Shown one piece after another: positions 39,677 through 49,632 of a stretch of DNA of 64,000 nt. The notes beneath the pieces are model-generated. The model was not told the DNA's origin. It worked only from the letters and a program-made list of their open reading frames with translations, and made no database searches. How positions within the stretch are numbered: the first letter of the stretch is position 1; every line of letters starts with the position of its first letter. The stretch lies in NCBI GenBank assembly GCA_902532525.1, contig CACAIK010000003.1, positions 18,449-82,448 on the forward strand, written 5' to 3'. Origin of the DNA: an uncultured Pelagibacteraceae bacterium (GTDB lineage Bacteria > Pseudomonadota > Alphaproteobacteria > Pelagibacterales > Pelagibacteraceae). Position numbers and translations under genes: made by a program.

Positions 39677-40834
39677 TTGAAAAAAATTATTTCAGAAAAA
39701 AATCCAGAATTAGTTACAAGAAAAGATAATAAAGCTCAATGGAATCTCCCAAATAAAAGGAGGTTGGGTTTTAGAAATTTATATAAAATTAATAGATATG
39801 GAATATACCTTAGATCAGATTTTGTTTTAAAATTAAAAAAAAAAATTAATAAGAGAATTGGTAAATTATCTTCTGTAAAAAGGGTAACTAAAAATAAAGC
39901 TTTTTGCTCTTTAATAGTTGGTAAAGATCAGGATATTTTATTCGAGCAGTACGCAAAGGACTTTTCTACAAATCAGCCTCAAACAATAATGTCAATTACA
40001 AAAATGTTTATACATTTATTTGTGGGAGAGCTGATAGACAGAAAACTAATTAACTTAAATAAGAAAATTTCATTTTACTTGCCAAAAATTGGCAGTGGTT
40101 ATGCAAATGCAAAAGTAAAAGACGTTTTAGACATGAACATTGTAAATCTATATAGCGAAGATTATACAAAAGCTTATTCGTCTTCATTTTTACATGAGCC
40201 TGTGGGAGGATGGAGACTGCCGATTAAAGGCAAAAACATTCAAAGCCAGGAACAATATTTAAATTCAATTAAATCTTTAAAAAGCAGAGATTTAAAAAAT
40301 TATACCGATCTGGCGCATTATAAATCAGCTAATACCGATGTTATTGGACTAATTGTAGAAAAAGTAAGTAAAAAAAGTTTAAGACAATGGCTGTTGGAAA
40401 CAGTTGAAGCAACGGGATTTGAAGAAGGATTGTATATAGGAACAGATAGATTTGGAACACCGTGGATGTCTGGAGGCGGAAGTTTAATTACAAGAGATTT
40501 TTTAAGAATGGGTTTACTATTTTCTAGGTTTGGAAAAGGTATAAATGGAAAAAATATTGGTTCTAAAACTTTTTTGAGTAAAACTATTAATAGTGAGGGA
40601 CCCAAATACATTCAATTATCTAAAGATAAATTTGTCTGTTATGTTAATTCATTAATGAAATGCGGTAACTGGATTGGTCACTCTGGGTATGGGGGCCAAT
40701 TTTTAGGAATAAATTTGAAAACAAAAGTTGTTGCTGCGTTTTTTTCTGTCTTAGAGACTAAATCTGCAACAAATGAAAAATATAAAAAAGATATGGTAAA
40801 TATGATAGACCAAATAATTAGTAAAGATTACTAA
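39677..40834 (+). CDS. Serine hydrolase, beta-lactamase class C / NylB-like
   Basis: SxxK (MSITK), YKSANT, GHSGYGGQ; no signal peptide; TTG start. Confidence 0.8.
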   Translation: MKKIISEKNPELVTRKDNKAQWNLPNKRRLGFRNLYKINRYGIYLRSDFVLKLKKKINKRIGKLSSVKRVTKNKAFCSLIVGKDQDILFEQYAKDFSTNQPQTIMSITKMFIHLFVGELIDRKLINLNKKISFYLPKIGSGYANAKVKDVLDMNIVNLYSEDYTKAYSSSFLHEPVGGWRLPIKGKNIQSQEQYLNSIKSLKSRDLKNYTDLAHYKSANTDVIGLIVEKVSKKSLRQWLLETVEATGFEEGLYIGTDRFGTPWMSGGGSLITRDFLRMGLLFSRFGKGINGKNIGSKTFLSKTINSEGPKYIQLSKDKFVCYVNSLMKCGNWIGHSGYGGQFLGINLKTKVVAAFFSVLETKSATNEKYKKDMVNMIDQIISKDY

Positions 40835-40835
40835 T

Positions 40836-41819
40836 TTAAGAAAATTTTGTTATCAAGGATTTTAAATGTTTATCTGTGACGCCACAACAACCCCCAATAA
40901 TTTTTACCTGATCATCTATTAACTCAGAACACTTATCAACAAATTCAATTTCATTTTCAGTTATTAATGCTTGCATAGTACTCGTGTCAAATTTATGAAT
41001 TTCTGGATAGAACATAATTGGCCCATTCCAATTTGATTTTAAAACTTTCATTCCCTCTTTTGTATCAATAAACCAACTATGCATAATGCCATAAACATCT
41101 CCACCGATAGATTTGAGTGAATTAATTATTTCAGCGAAATTTATAATTTTATCTTCAGGAAGGAATTTTGGCTCATCAGGATATTTTAAAGGGTCATATA
41201 TAATAGATCTCTCTTTTTCAGCTCTAAAATTTCTACCTACTACGGTTTCATCAAACTTACTTATGCAGCAACTTAATCCAACCCAGACAGGTAAACCTGT
41301 TTCCAAAGCTGCAGTAAGCAAAATTTTAGCATGGTCAATATCTAAAAGCATTTCAAGAATAAGCACTTCGACTCCCTCTTCTTTTAATACCCTCGCTTGT
41401 TCTTTATAATTTTTTTCTTCTTTTGCAAATGATGGTACAAATTTTGTGTCAGGTCTAAATTCATTTTCAGCCAAAGCTAAATATGTTGACATGCTTCCAG
41501 CAATTTTAATTTTTTTTCCAGAATTTTTGACTGCTTGTCTTGCTAACTTAACTGTATCAATGTTAATTTTTATAGTCTGATCTCCTAAATTTGAAGGCTC
41601 AAGACAATGTCTTGCAGTTCCAAAAGTATTGGTTGTTATCATATCACATCCGGCGTTTATATGACTTTCGTGTACTTTGATTACTATTTCTGGTGAGAAA
41701 ACATTTGCTAAACCAGAAAAAGCTGGTCCCATAGTTCCACCAAGTCTCTGAATTTCTGAGCCTGTTCCACCATCTAAGAAGACTTTTTTTTTTGATTTCA
41801 ATAATTCATTAATATCCAT
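40836..41819 (-). CDS. Homocysteine S-methyltransferase family protein 2
   Basis: FLDGGTGSEI, HINAGCDMITTNTF, IAGSMS, IGGCCG. Confidence 0.88.
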   Translation of the reverse strand: MDINELLKSKKKVFLDGGTGSEIQRLGGTMGPAFSGLANVFSPEIVIKVHESHINAGCDMITTNTFGTARHCLEPSNLGDQTIKINIDTVKLARQAVKNSGKKIKIAGSMSTYLALAENEFRPDTKFVPSFAKEEKNYKEQARVLKEEGVEVLILEMLLDIDHAKILLTAALETGLPVWVGLSCCISKFDETVVGRNFRAEKERSIIYDPLKYPDEPKFLPEDKIINFAEIINSLKSIGGDVYGIMHSWFIDTKEGMKVLKSNWNGPIMFYPEIHKFDTSTMQALITENEIEFVDKCSELIDDQVKIIGGCCGVTDKHLKSLITKFS

Positions 41820-42721
41820 TATGCTAATTTCTTCTCTGACTTTGGAACATATACAACTTCAATTACACCACCAAGAATTATTAGAATACTACCTATTGTT
41901 TCTCTCCAACCAAAAGGTTCATTTGTTAAAATACTAGCACTAACAACACCAACAATTATTTCAGCTAAAAATAAAATAGATGATAAGCCGGCTCCTAGTT
42001 TGCTTGGAGCCCAAAAGATTATTACTCCTGTAGGAATAAAATAAAATATCGAGATAAGTAATAAAAAAGTGGACATTGACATGATAACATCCACTGATGG
42101 AACTGGTCCTAAATAATCTACTAAGAATAACCCAATAGGTATACTGGCTAAACCTCCATAAAAAAAGAATGTGAATATAATTGGAAAGACTCCATCTGTT
42201 TTAATTATTTCCATTCTAATTAAACCAGCACCAAATAGTGCACCTCCAGCAAGAGCCAACCAATCCCCTGCATTTTGAGGTAATGGGATTATATTTTCTT
42301 GACTGAATACAATCCATAAACCTCCTAGTGCCAAACCTAATGTGATTACCCTCTTCCAACCAAATTTCTTTTTTAAAAATATAATTTCAAATATTGTTGT
42401 CCAAACAGGTATCATGTAAAACATGATTAATGCTTTAACTACATCAGTAAGAAGAAAGCTAAGAGCATAACAAACAAATCCACTTCCAACAAAAAAACCA
42501 GTCAGAGGAAATTCCAATCCAATAGACTTTCCTTTTATAGCTCTCCAAATTGCGACTGGTGATAATATTAATATTCCAACCGCCATTTGGGATATTGTTC
42601 CCCAGCCACCAGTCAAACCTCCATCTTCTAGTATTCTTTGAGGTAACCAATAAATTCCCCATGAACCAGCAGCAATAGCTAATGCAAATGAAATTTTAAA
42701 ATGATGAGGATGTCTGGTCAT
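41819..42721 (-). CDS. DMT/EamA family transporter
   Basis: About 10 TM segments; EamA-type repeats. Confidence 0.8.
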   Translation of the reverse strand: MTRHPHHFKISFALAIAAGSWGIYWLPQRILEDGGLTGGWGTISQMAVGILILSPVAIWRAIKGKSIGLEFPLTGFFVGSGFVCYALSFLLTDVVKALIMFYMIPVWTTIFEIIFLKKKFGWKRVITLGLALGGLWIVFSQENIIPLPQNAGDWLALAGGALFGAGLIRMEIIKTDGVFPIIFTFFFYGGLASIPIGLFLVDYLGPVPSVDVIMSMSTFLLLISIFYFIPTGVIIFWAPSKLGAGLSSILFLAEIIVGVVSASILTNEPFGWRETIGSILIILGGVIEVVYVPKSEKKLA

Positions 42722-42723
42722 TA

Positions 42724-44136
42724 TTATTCCGTTAATTCTGGTTTAAATTTTGAAAAGTTAAAAATTTCCTCATAAGATTTGGCAAAGTTAATTAGTTTAT
42801 TATCTTCTTTAACATTTGCTATAATCTGCATTCCCATTGGTAGCCCTTTATTATTAAAACCAACTGGAATAGATACAGTTGGCAAACCAAGCAAACTTGA
42901 TAATGTATAGACTTCCATATATCTATGATAAGTGTCAATTTTATTATCATTGATAAATTCTGGATTGTTTAGGTTCTTTTCAAAAGGAAATAGTTGAGCC
43001 GAAGGTAATGCTAAAAAATCATAATGTTTAAATAGGTTTTGTATTTTATCCATATATTTATTTCTTATTTCTATTGCTTTTAAAACATCGTTTGTTTTGA
43101 TGCTTTTCCCTTTTTTATATTCCCAATATGCTTGAGAAGGTAATTCATTTAAATTTTTTAAATTATATAACAAAAAGTTTTCATACAAAAATTTGGCTCT
43201 TAATATTGTCCAAGAATACCACAATTCTTCTGAATTAATTTCAGTTTTTAAATCTTCAATATTTAAATTATTTGACTGTAATTTTTTTAAAATATTTTCA
43301 CATAAGTCAATGATTCCATCTTCATACTTATATTGTTCGTTTAGATCAATGCACCATCCAATTTTTAAATCTGAAAGTTTTTTAATATTTATATCTTCAA
43401 GATCGAAAGATAATTTATCCTTTACATTCTTCCCTTTTATATAGTTAAATAAAAATTCCATATCATTGGGAGTCCTAGCAAAACATCCAGTTGTAGATAT
43501 TAAAGGAAAATCTTTTAAATTTTTAATTTCAAATCTATCTTCTGCAATCGCACCAGGTGTTGGTCTTAATCCATAAATATTTGCAAATGCTGCTGGGTTT
43601 CTACAAGATCCCATCATATCTGTGCCATCTGCAAAAGGAATTAAATTTGCTGCAACAGCTGCTGCTGCACCACCAGAAGACCCTCCCGCTGACTTACTAT
43701 GATCATAAACATTTGAAGTTGCTCCATAAACTCTGTTAGTAGTATGACAACCAACAGCAAATTCAGAGAGATTTGTTTTACCAATTAAAATTGTGTTTTT
43801 TCTATAATTATCTACTAATAAAGAGTCCTGTTTTGGTATATTTTTTAATAACTCTTTATATCCATAGCATGTTACCTCATTTTTAATATCAAATAATTCT
43901 TTAACAGCAATTGGAAGTCCATAAATATCATCTTTGTCATTATCACTATTAAAATTTTCATCTTTTAATTTTGCTTCTTCAGTAATTTTTGTTTCATCTA
44001 TATATGAAATAATAGCATTTAATTTTGGATTGAATTTTTTTATTCTATCTAAATAGAAATTTAGTACCTCTACTATTTTAATTTCTCTTTTTTTTATTTT
44101 TGAAATTATTTGATGGACAGAAAAATTCTCAAGCAC
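42724..44136 (-). CDS. Amidase signature family enzyme
   Basis: AVKE, GKTN, GGSSGGAAAAV, GTDMMGSCRNPA, GLRPT, GLPMGMQ; GTG start. Confidence 0.9.
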   Translation of the reverse strand: MLENFSVHQIISKIKKREIKIVEVLNFYLDRIKKFNPKLNAIISYIDETKITEEAKLKDENFNSDNDKDDIYGLPIAVKELFDIKNEVTCYGYKELLKNIPKQDSLLVDNYRKNTILIGKTNLSEFAVGCHTTNRVYGATSNVYDHSKSAGGSSGGAAAAVAANLIPFADGTDMMGSCRNPAAFANIYGLRPTPGAIAEDRFEIKNLKDFPLISTTGCFARTPNDMEFLFNYIKGKNVKDKLSFDLEDINIKKLSDLKIGWCIDLNEQYKYEDGIIDLCENILKKLQSNNLNIEDLKTEINSEELWYSWTILRAKFLYENFLLYNLKNLNELPSQAYWEYKKGKSIKTNDVLKAIEIRNKYMDKIQNLFKHYDFLALPSAQLFPFEKNLNNPEFINDNKIDTYHRYMEVYTLSSLLGLPTVSIPVGFNNKGLPMGMQIIANVKEDNKLINFAKSYEEIFNFSKFKPELTE

Positions 44137-44146
44137 TTAATTAAAC

Positions 44147-45337
44147 CTATCTTGCTTGTCTAATACTCTCTAAAACTAAAGTCTTGACCTCATCTAATGA
44201 TGCCTTTTTAGGATTTTGTCCATAAGCTTGGTCTAACATTGATTTCTTTGCTATTCTCTCTTGGCAATCTTCTGGCACTCCTAATTCATTTAATCCTTTA
44301 GGGATTTTTAATCTATCTAGAATTATATTTAAGTTGTCTTGAAAACTTTCAATTGAATGGTTTTCAAATTGCATGGCCTCTGACATTCTTTTTACTTTTT
44401 CTTCTAATCCAGGTAAATTATATTTCATGACTGCAGGAAGTATAATTGCATTAGTCAATCCATGATGAGTATTATATTCAGCACCAACCATGTGCGAAAT
44501 TGCATGAACTAAACCTAGGCCTTTTAAGAAAGCTATTCCACCCAAATAAGATCCTATAATCATTCCTCCTCTCGCTAAAAGATTATCAGGTTCTTCGACA
44601 GCTGCATAAAGTGATTTTGAAATTAAATTTAAACTTTCTAATGCAGAACCATCACAAAGTGGATGAAATATAGGAACACTATAACCTTCAATTGCATGTA
44701 TCATTGCATCTATACCGGTCCAAGCAGTAAGATTAGCCGGTAATTTTAAAGTTAGCTCTGGATCTACTAAAGCTAAACATGGTCGGGCATCTGGATGCCA
44801 TAAACAAAATTTCATTCCTTTTTCAAGATGAGTGACCATGGCAGTAACTTCTGTTTCAGCACCTGTTCCTGCTGTAGTTGGAATAGTAATTATTTTTGGA
44901 AAAGGATTTTCCATAGTTAGTTTTGGTGGTTCTTTTTCAAATTCAAAATCCCATAAAGGCACACCGCTATCAACTGTAAGAGAAATTGCTTTTCCTCCAT
45001 CCATTGCACTTCCACCGCCTATTGCAATTATTGCATCATGATTGCCTTCACGAAATTTTTTACATCCAGAATCTATTTCATCATCTCTAGGATTTGGCGA
45101 TATATTTGAATAAATATCTGATTTGATTTTTGAATCATTAAGTAAATTTTGTAAATCACTTATAAATGGTAAATTTATACTACCACTATCAGTAACGATT
45201 AATGCATTATTTATTTTAAAATTTTTACAAAACTTTCCAATTTCTTTAAATCTTCCAGGTCCATAAGCTGTAAAAGTTGGGAATGTCCAATCCTGATTAT
45301 TTAATAAAAATTCTTCATTAAGCTTAAAATTTTGCAT
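44147..45337 (-). CDS. Iron-containing alcohol dehydrogenase
   Basis: GGGSAMD, PTTAGTGAE, DAMIHAIEG, LVHAISH, HHG. Confidence 0.92.
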   Translation of the reverse strand: MQNFKLNEEFLLNNQDWTFPTFTAYGPGRFKEIGKFCKNFKINNALIVTDSGSINLPFISDLQNLLNDSKIKSDIYSNISPNPRDDEIDSGCKKFREGNHDAIIAIGGGSAMDGGKAISLTVDSGVPLWDFEFEKEPPKLTMENPFPKIITIPTTAGTGAETEVTAMVTHLEKGMKFCLWHPDARPCLALVDPELTLKLPANLTAWTGIDAMIHAIEGYSVPIFHPLCDGSALESLNLISKSLYAAVEEPDNLLARGGMIIGSYLGGIAFLKGLGLVHAISHMVGAEYNTHHGLTNAIILPAVMKYNLPGLEEKVKRMSEAMQFENHSIESFQDNLNIILDRLKIPKGLNELGVPEDCQERIAKKSMLDQAYGQNPKKASLDEVKTLVLESIRQAR

Positions 45338-45375
45338 AATATTTTAAAAACTTATACTAATTTCAATATTATTAA

Positions 45376-46308
45376 ATGAAAATTTCATCTGAAAAAACAG
45401 ATCTAAAAAAAACATATTTAGCAATTGCTACAATGCTCTTAGCAATTTTATGTATAGATCTTTACATGGTTATTATTAAATTTTTAGGTGATGAATACTC
45501 AATAATTCAATTAACTTTATTTAGAAATGTAGCAGCAATTATACCTTTGTTATTATTGATCTTATTCACAAATGAATTTTCAACAATATTCAAAAACTTA
45601 GGAAATAAGTTTTTGATATTGAGTTGCTTGAGAGGAATATGTTTTCTTTCTATGAATGTATTCATTTTTATCTCAGTAGTAAATCTGGAATTTGCAACAG
45701 CAATGACGCTAACCTTTTCGTCACCTTTCTTCATAGTAATACTATCAATAATTTTATTGAGTGAAAAAATTGGTATTTACAGATGGTCAGCAGTTATAAT
45801 TGGTTTTGTTGGTGTAGTTATGATAATGAAACCAACAAGTGAAATTTTTAGTTTGTACTCAATTTTTCCAATTCTAACCGCTATAGCATGGGCTTTCACT
45901 GTCATAATTTTAAAATTCATTCAAGGCAATCATTCAACTGCAAAAATTCAGTTATACACATTAATATTTAATGTCATTGGTGGTTTACTTTTATTTTTTG
46001 TAACTACAGGACATGTTGAAATTAAAAATTTTAAAGATTTTATTTTGATGACAATGACTGGGGTTTTGGGTGGTACAGCTGCAATATTATTTATTTATTC
46101 ATATCGTTTAATTTCAGCAAGTAAAATTGCTTCATTTGAGTATCTTGGTATACCGTCATCTTTTATTCTTGGTTGGATTTTCTTTAATGAAGCACCATGG
46201 AGCCAACTATTTCCTGGAGTAATAGTAATTATTTTTGCTGGTATGATTATTATATGGAGAGATAATATTAAAAAGAAATCAATAGAAGGTAATAAACAAA
46301 TTTATTGA
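45376..46308 (+). CDS. DMT/EamA family transporter
   Basis: About 10 TM segments; EKIGIYRWSAV, FEY, FFNE motifs. Confidence 0.85.
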   Translation: MKISSEKTDLKKTYLAIATMLLAILCIDLYMVIIKFLGDEYSIIQLTLFRNVAAIIPLLLLILFTNEFSTIFKNLGNKFLILSCLRGICFLSMNVFIFISVVNLEFATAMTLTFSSPFFIVILSIILLSEKIGIYRWSAVIIGFVGVVMIMKPTSEIFSLYSIFPILTAIAWAFTVIILKFIQGNHSTAKIQLYTLIFNVIGGLLLFFVTTGHVEIKNFKDFILMTMTGVLGGTAAILFIYSYRLISASKIASFEYLGIPSSFILGWIFFNEAPWSQLFPGVIVIIFAGMIIIWRDNIKKKSIEGNKQIY

Positions 46309-47348
46309 TTTGATCTCATAGATTTCATGACTATTACTCTATCTATTTCACCTAATAGCTTTCCACTTTCGTTACAAACTACCGGATAAGTTTTATCATT
46401 ATCAATTAGCCTATCTATTAAATTTTCAATTTTAGAATTATCTAAAATATTATCTTTTCCATTCTCAAATAAATTTTTTGTTTCATTGCAGCATTCTGTT
46501 CTCATGACTTTGCCTGCACTTAATACTTTATATTTAGGAACATCTTCGCAAAAATCTTTAACATATTGATCTTTTGGATTAGATACAATTTCTTCAGGTG
46601 TGCCAACTTGAGAAACTTCTCCATCTTTCATGATTGCAATATGGTCTCCCATTTTAATTGCCTCTAAAAAGTCATGAGTTATAAATACCATAGTTTTTTG
46701 AAGCTTCTCTTGGATCTTTAAAAGCTCATCTTGCATTTCTCTTCTAATCAAAGGATCCAAAGCTGAAAAAGGTTCATCAAAAATTAATATTTCAGGATCC
46801 ACAGCTAATGCTCTTGCGAGTCCTACCCTTTGCTGCATACCTCCAGATAATTCTCTTGGATAATTATTATGCCAACCATCTAAGCCAACCATTTTTAAAA
46901 CTTCCATTGACTTTTCTGTTCTTATATCTTTTTTTGTTCCCCTTACTTCTAATCCATAACCAATATTTTCAAGAACTGTTCTATGAGGAAATAAACCAAA
47001 ATGTTGGAAAACCATGCTCATTTTATTTCTTCTTAATTCTAATAATTCACTTGCGCTCATTTTTGTAACTTCAACATCATCCATTTTCACTATGCCAGCT
47101 GTTGGTTCAATCAATCTCGAAATACATCTGACTAGTGTTGATTTTCCACTACCAGATAATCCCATTACTACAAATGTTTCACCTTTTTGAATTGAGAAAC
47201 TGACATCTTTTACAGCAACAACATGACCTGTCTTTTCTTGAACTTCCTTAATACTTAAATTTTTATCAAGGTTTTTAATAATTCTTTTTTCGTCTGGTCC
47301 AAATAACTTCCATATATTTGTACAAGTGATTTTTTGTTCTACAGCCAT
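46302..47348 (-). CDS. proV: Betaine/proline/choline (ProU/OpuA-type) ABC ATPase
   Basis: MGLSGSGKST, FQHFGLFPH, LSGGMQQRVGLARAL, DEPFSALDPLIR. Confidence 0.9.
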   Translation of the reverse strand: MAVEQKITCTNIWKLFGPDEKRIIKNLDKNLSIKEVQEKTGHVVAVKDVSFSIQKGETFVVMGLSGSGKSTLVRCISRLIEPTAGIVKMDDVEVTKMSASELLELRRNKMSMVFQHFGLFPHRTVLENIGYGLEVRGTKKDIRTEKSMEVLKMVGLDGWHNNYPRELSGGMQQRVGLARALAVDPEILIFDEPFSALDPLIRREMQDELLKIQEKLQKTMVFITHDFLEAIKMGDHIAIMKDGEVSQVGTPEEIVSNPKDQYVKDFCEDVPKYKVLSAGKVMRTECCNETKNLFENGKDNILDNSKIENLIDRLIDNDKTYPVVCNESGKLLGEIDRVIVMKSMRSNQ

Positions 47349-47425
47349 TTTTAATAAATAATATTATCCCAAAAATAGACAATATTTTACTTTAAATGTA
47401 AAATTATTTATTTTAACTTGTGGAC

Positions 47426-49546
47426 ATGGCTACTAGAACTGATTTAATAGATAAATCAAATCAATCAAAAAACATAATAACTTATGTAATTATTGGAGTT
47501 GTTTTTTTGGTAGCACTTTGGTTGTCTACTCAAAGTGAAGGGCCTTCAAAATTTCCTAAAGAAGTCACTGATAAATTTACCTTTACAGCTTGGGTAAATG
47601 ACGGAGAAGATTATTTAAAAAAAAATTACAGATGGGTAACTAAAATTATAGCAAGCTATATAAAAGAAACTTACTATTTTTTAGAAGACTTTTTGCTAGA
47701 GTCTCCTTGGATTTTGATAGCTGCAATAATTGTAATACCTTGCATAATTGCAGGTGGTTTGCGATTGGGAATTTATTCTTCTTTTGTAGTTTATTTTTGG
47801 GGAGCAACAGGAATGTGGGAACCATCCTTACAAACAGTGGCATTGATGGGATTGTCAGTTTTATTATGCGTATTTTTTGGATTTATACTGGGTGTATTAT
47901 GTTCACAAAGTAATAGATTTGAAAATTTTATGAAGCCAGTCTTAGATACTATGCAAGTGATGCCAGCATTTGTATATTTGTTTCCAGCATTATTTTTTTT
48001 TGGGATAGGAGGCGCGCCGGCAATATTAGCCACCATGATATATGCGATGCCTCCAATAATAAGATTGACAAATACCGGCATAAGACAAGTGCCAGCTCAA
48101 ACTATTGAGTCTGCCACTTCCTTTGGTTCAAGTAAACTTCAGCTTTTATTTAAAATTAAGATACCATTATCTTTACCAAGTATAATGATGGGTATTAACC
48201 AGGTAATAATGATGGCATTGGCATTAGTGGTTCTTGCATGTTTTATAGGTGCCGAAGGTATTGGTGGCCAAGTTTGGCAAGCAATAAGAAGATTGGATGT
48301 TGGCTGGGCAATGGAAGGTGGGCTATGTATTTTATTTATGGCGATAATGTTTGATAGATTTAGTTTAGCGTTTAGTAAAGATAAAGAAAGACTTCCTTCA
48401 GATGTTCAAAGATTTTATTTACTTCCCCAAAGTTGGGAAAAATATCAAATCGCAAAAATTTTAGAAACCCCATTAAGTTTTGGAAATAAGATTTTAAAAA
48501 TCATATGTCAAACAGTTACATCTGCTATATCAATAGTATTTAGAGTCTTAGTTTCGGTTTTTAATAAATCTACAGCAGAAAACATCGGTGAATTCATTAG
48601 CAAAAGATATTATGTTATTCCTTATTTTTTAGTTTTATTTCTAATTGCATTTATAGATCATTACTTTTTAGAAGTAGGCACATTTCCAAAAGAATGGAAA
48701 TTATCAATAAGACAACCAATTACTAATGCAGTGGAAAGCTTGACTGTAAATCCAGGATTTATTTCTTTTGCAAAAGGTTTAAGAGCTTTTGTTTATTTAA
48801 ATTTGTTAAGACCTTTAGATGTCTTTCTAACTCAAATACCTTGGTGGTATACATTAGCAGTATTTTCGGCTTTAGGTTATGTAACTGTTGGAATAAGATT
48901 TGCAATAATTACCGCAGTACTTCTTCTATTCATTGGTGCATGTGGAATATGGACACAATCAATGATAACTTTATCCTCAGTACTTGTGTCTGTAGTGCTG
49001 TGTTTTGTTATAGGAGTTCCTCTTGGAATAATTGCATCTTACAATGAAAGATTTAGAAATATTCAGAACGTTGTGTTGGATGCAATGCAAACACTTCCTT
49101 ATTTCTGTTATTTAATTCCTGTTCTAATGTTTTTTGGTGGTGGAACAGTGTCAGCTGTTCTTGCAACTGTAATATATTCAATTCCACCCATAATTCGATT
49201 AACATCACTAGGTTTAACACAGGTTTCTGGTACTTACTCTGAAGTATCGAGATCATTTGGCGGAACACTTATTCAAACATTAAATAAAGTTAAATTTCCG
49301 TTAGCTATTCCAAGTTTAGTTATTGGATTTAATCAGACTGTAATTATGGCTTTTGCTATGCAAATAGTTACACCGCTTATTGGTGGTAAGGGCTTAGGTC
49401 TAGAAGTCTTTAATGGTCTTGCAAGATCAGATACTGGAAGAGGATTAGCAGCTGGTATTGGAATAGTATTACTAGCTATTATTATTGATAGAATTACACT
49501 TGCGTGGACTAAGAAACAAAGAGAAGCTTTAGGCTTAATAAGCTAA
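47426..49546 (+). CDS. proW: ProW/OpuAB-type permease, tandem fused (two permease domains)
   Basis: Two copies of LD-x-MQ-x-x-P..Y and PPIIRLT; likely start MATRT (GTG at 47420 is an alternative). Confidence 0.88.
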   Translation: MATRTDLIDKSNQSKNIITYVIIGVVFLVALWLSTQSEGPSKFPKEVTDKFTFTAWVNDGEDYLKKNYRWVTKIIASYIKETYYFLEDFLLESPWILIAAIIVIPCIIAGGLRLGIYSSFVVYFWGATGMWEPSLQTVALMGLSVLLCVFFGFILGVLCSQSNRFENFMKPVLDTMQVMPAFVYLFPALFFFGIGGAPAILATMIYAMPPIIRLTNTGIRQVPAQTIESATSFGSSKLQLLFKIKIPLSLPSIMMGINQVIMMALALVVLACFIGAEGIGGQVWQAIRRLDVGWAMEGGLCILFMAIMFDRFSLAFSKDKERLPSDVQRFYLLPQSWEKYQIAKILETPLSFGNKILKIICQTVTSAISIVFRVLVSVFNKSTAENIGEFISKRYYVIPYFLVLFLIAFIDHYFLEVGTFPKEWKLSIRQPITNAVESLTVNPGFISFAKGLRAFVYLNLLRPLDVFLTQIPWWYTLAVFSALGYVTVGIRFAIITAVLLLFIGACGIWTQSMITLSSVLVSVVLCFVIGVPLGIIASYNERFRNIQNVVLDAMQTLPYFCYLIPVLMFFGGGTVSAVLATVIYSIPPIIRLTSLGLTQVSGTYSEVSRSFGGTLIQTLNKVKFPLAIPSLVIGFNQTVIMAFAMQIVTPLIGGKGLGLEVFNGLARSDTGRGLAAGIGIVLLAIIIDRITLAWTKKQREALGLIS

Positions 49547-49632
49547 GACAAATAGTACTATTTGCGTGGTTTACATACCAATACATTTTGATCTAAAATG
49601 TGTTTTTAATTAATTAAAAAGAGAGGAAATAA

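Noticed and set aside
39677-40834. Beta-lactamase / antibiotic resistance gene
   Set aside because: No signal peptide; the SxxK...YxS pattern and context fit a cytoplasmic NylB-like amide/ester hydrolase.
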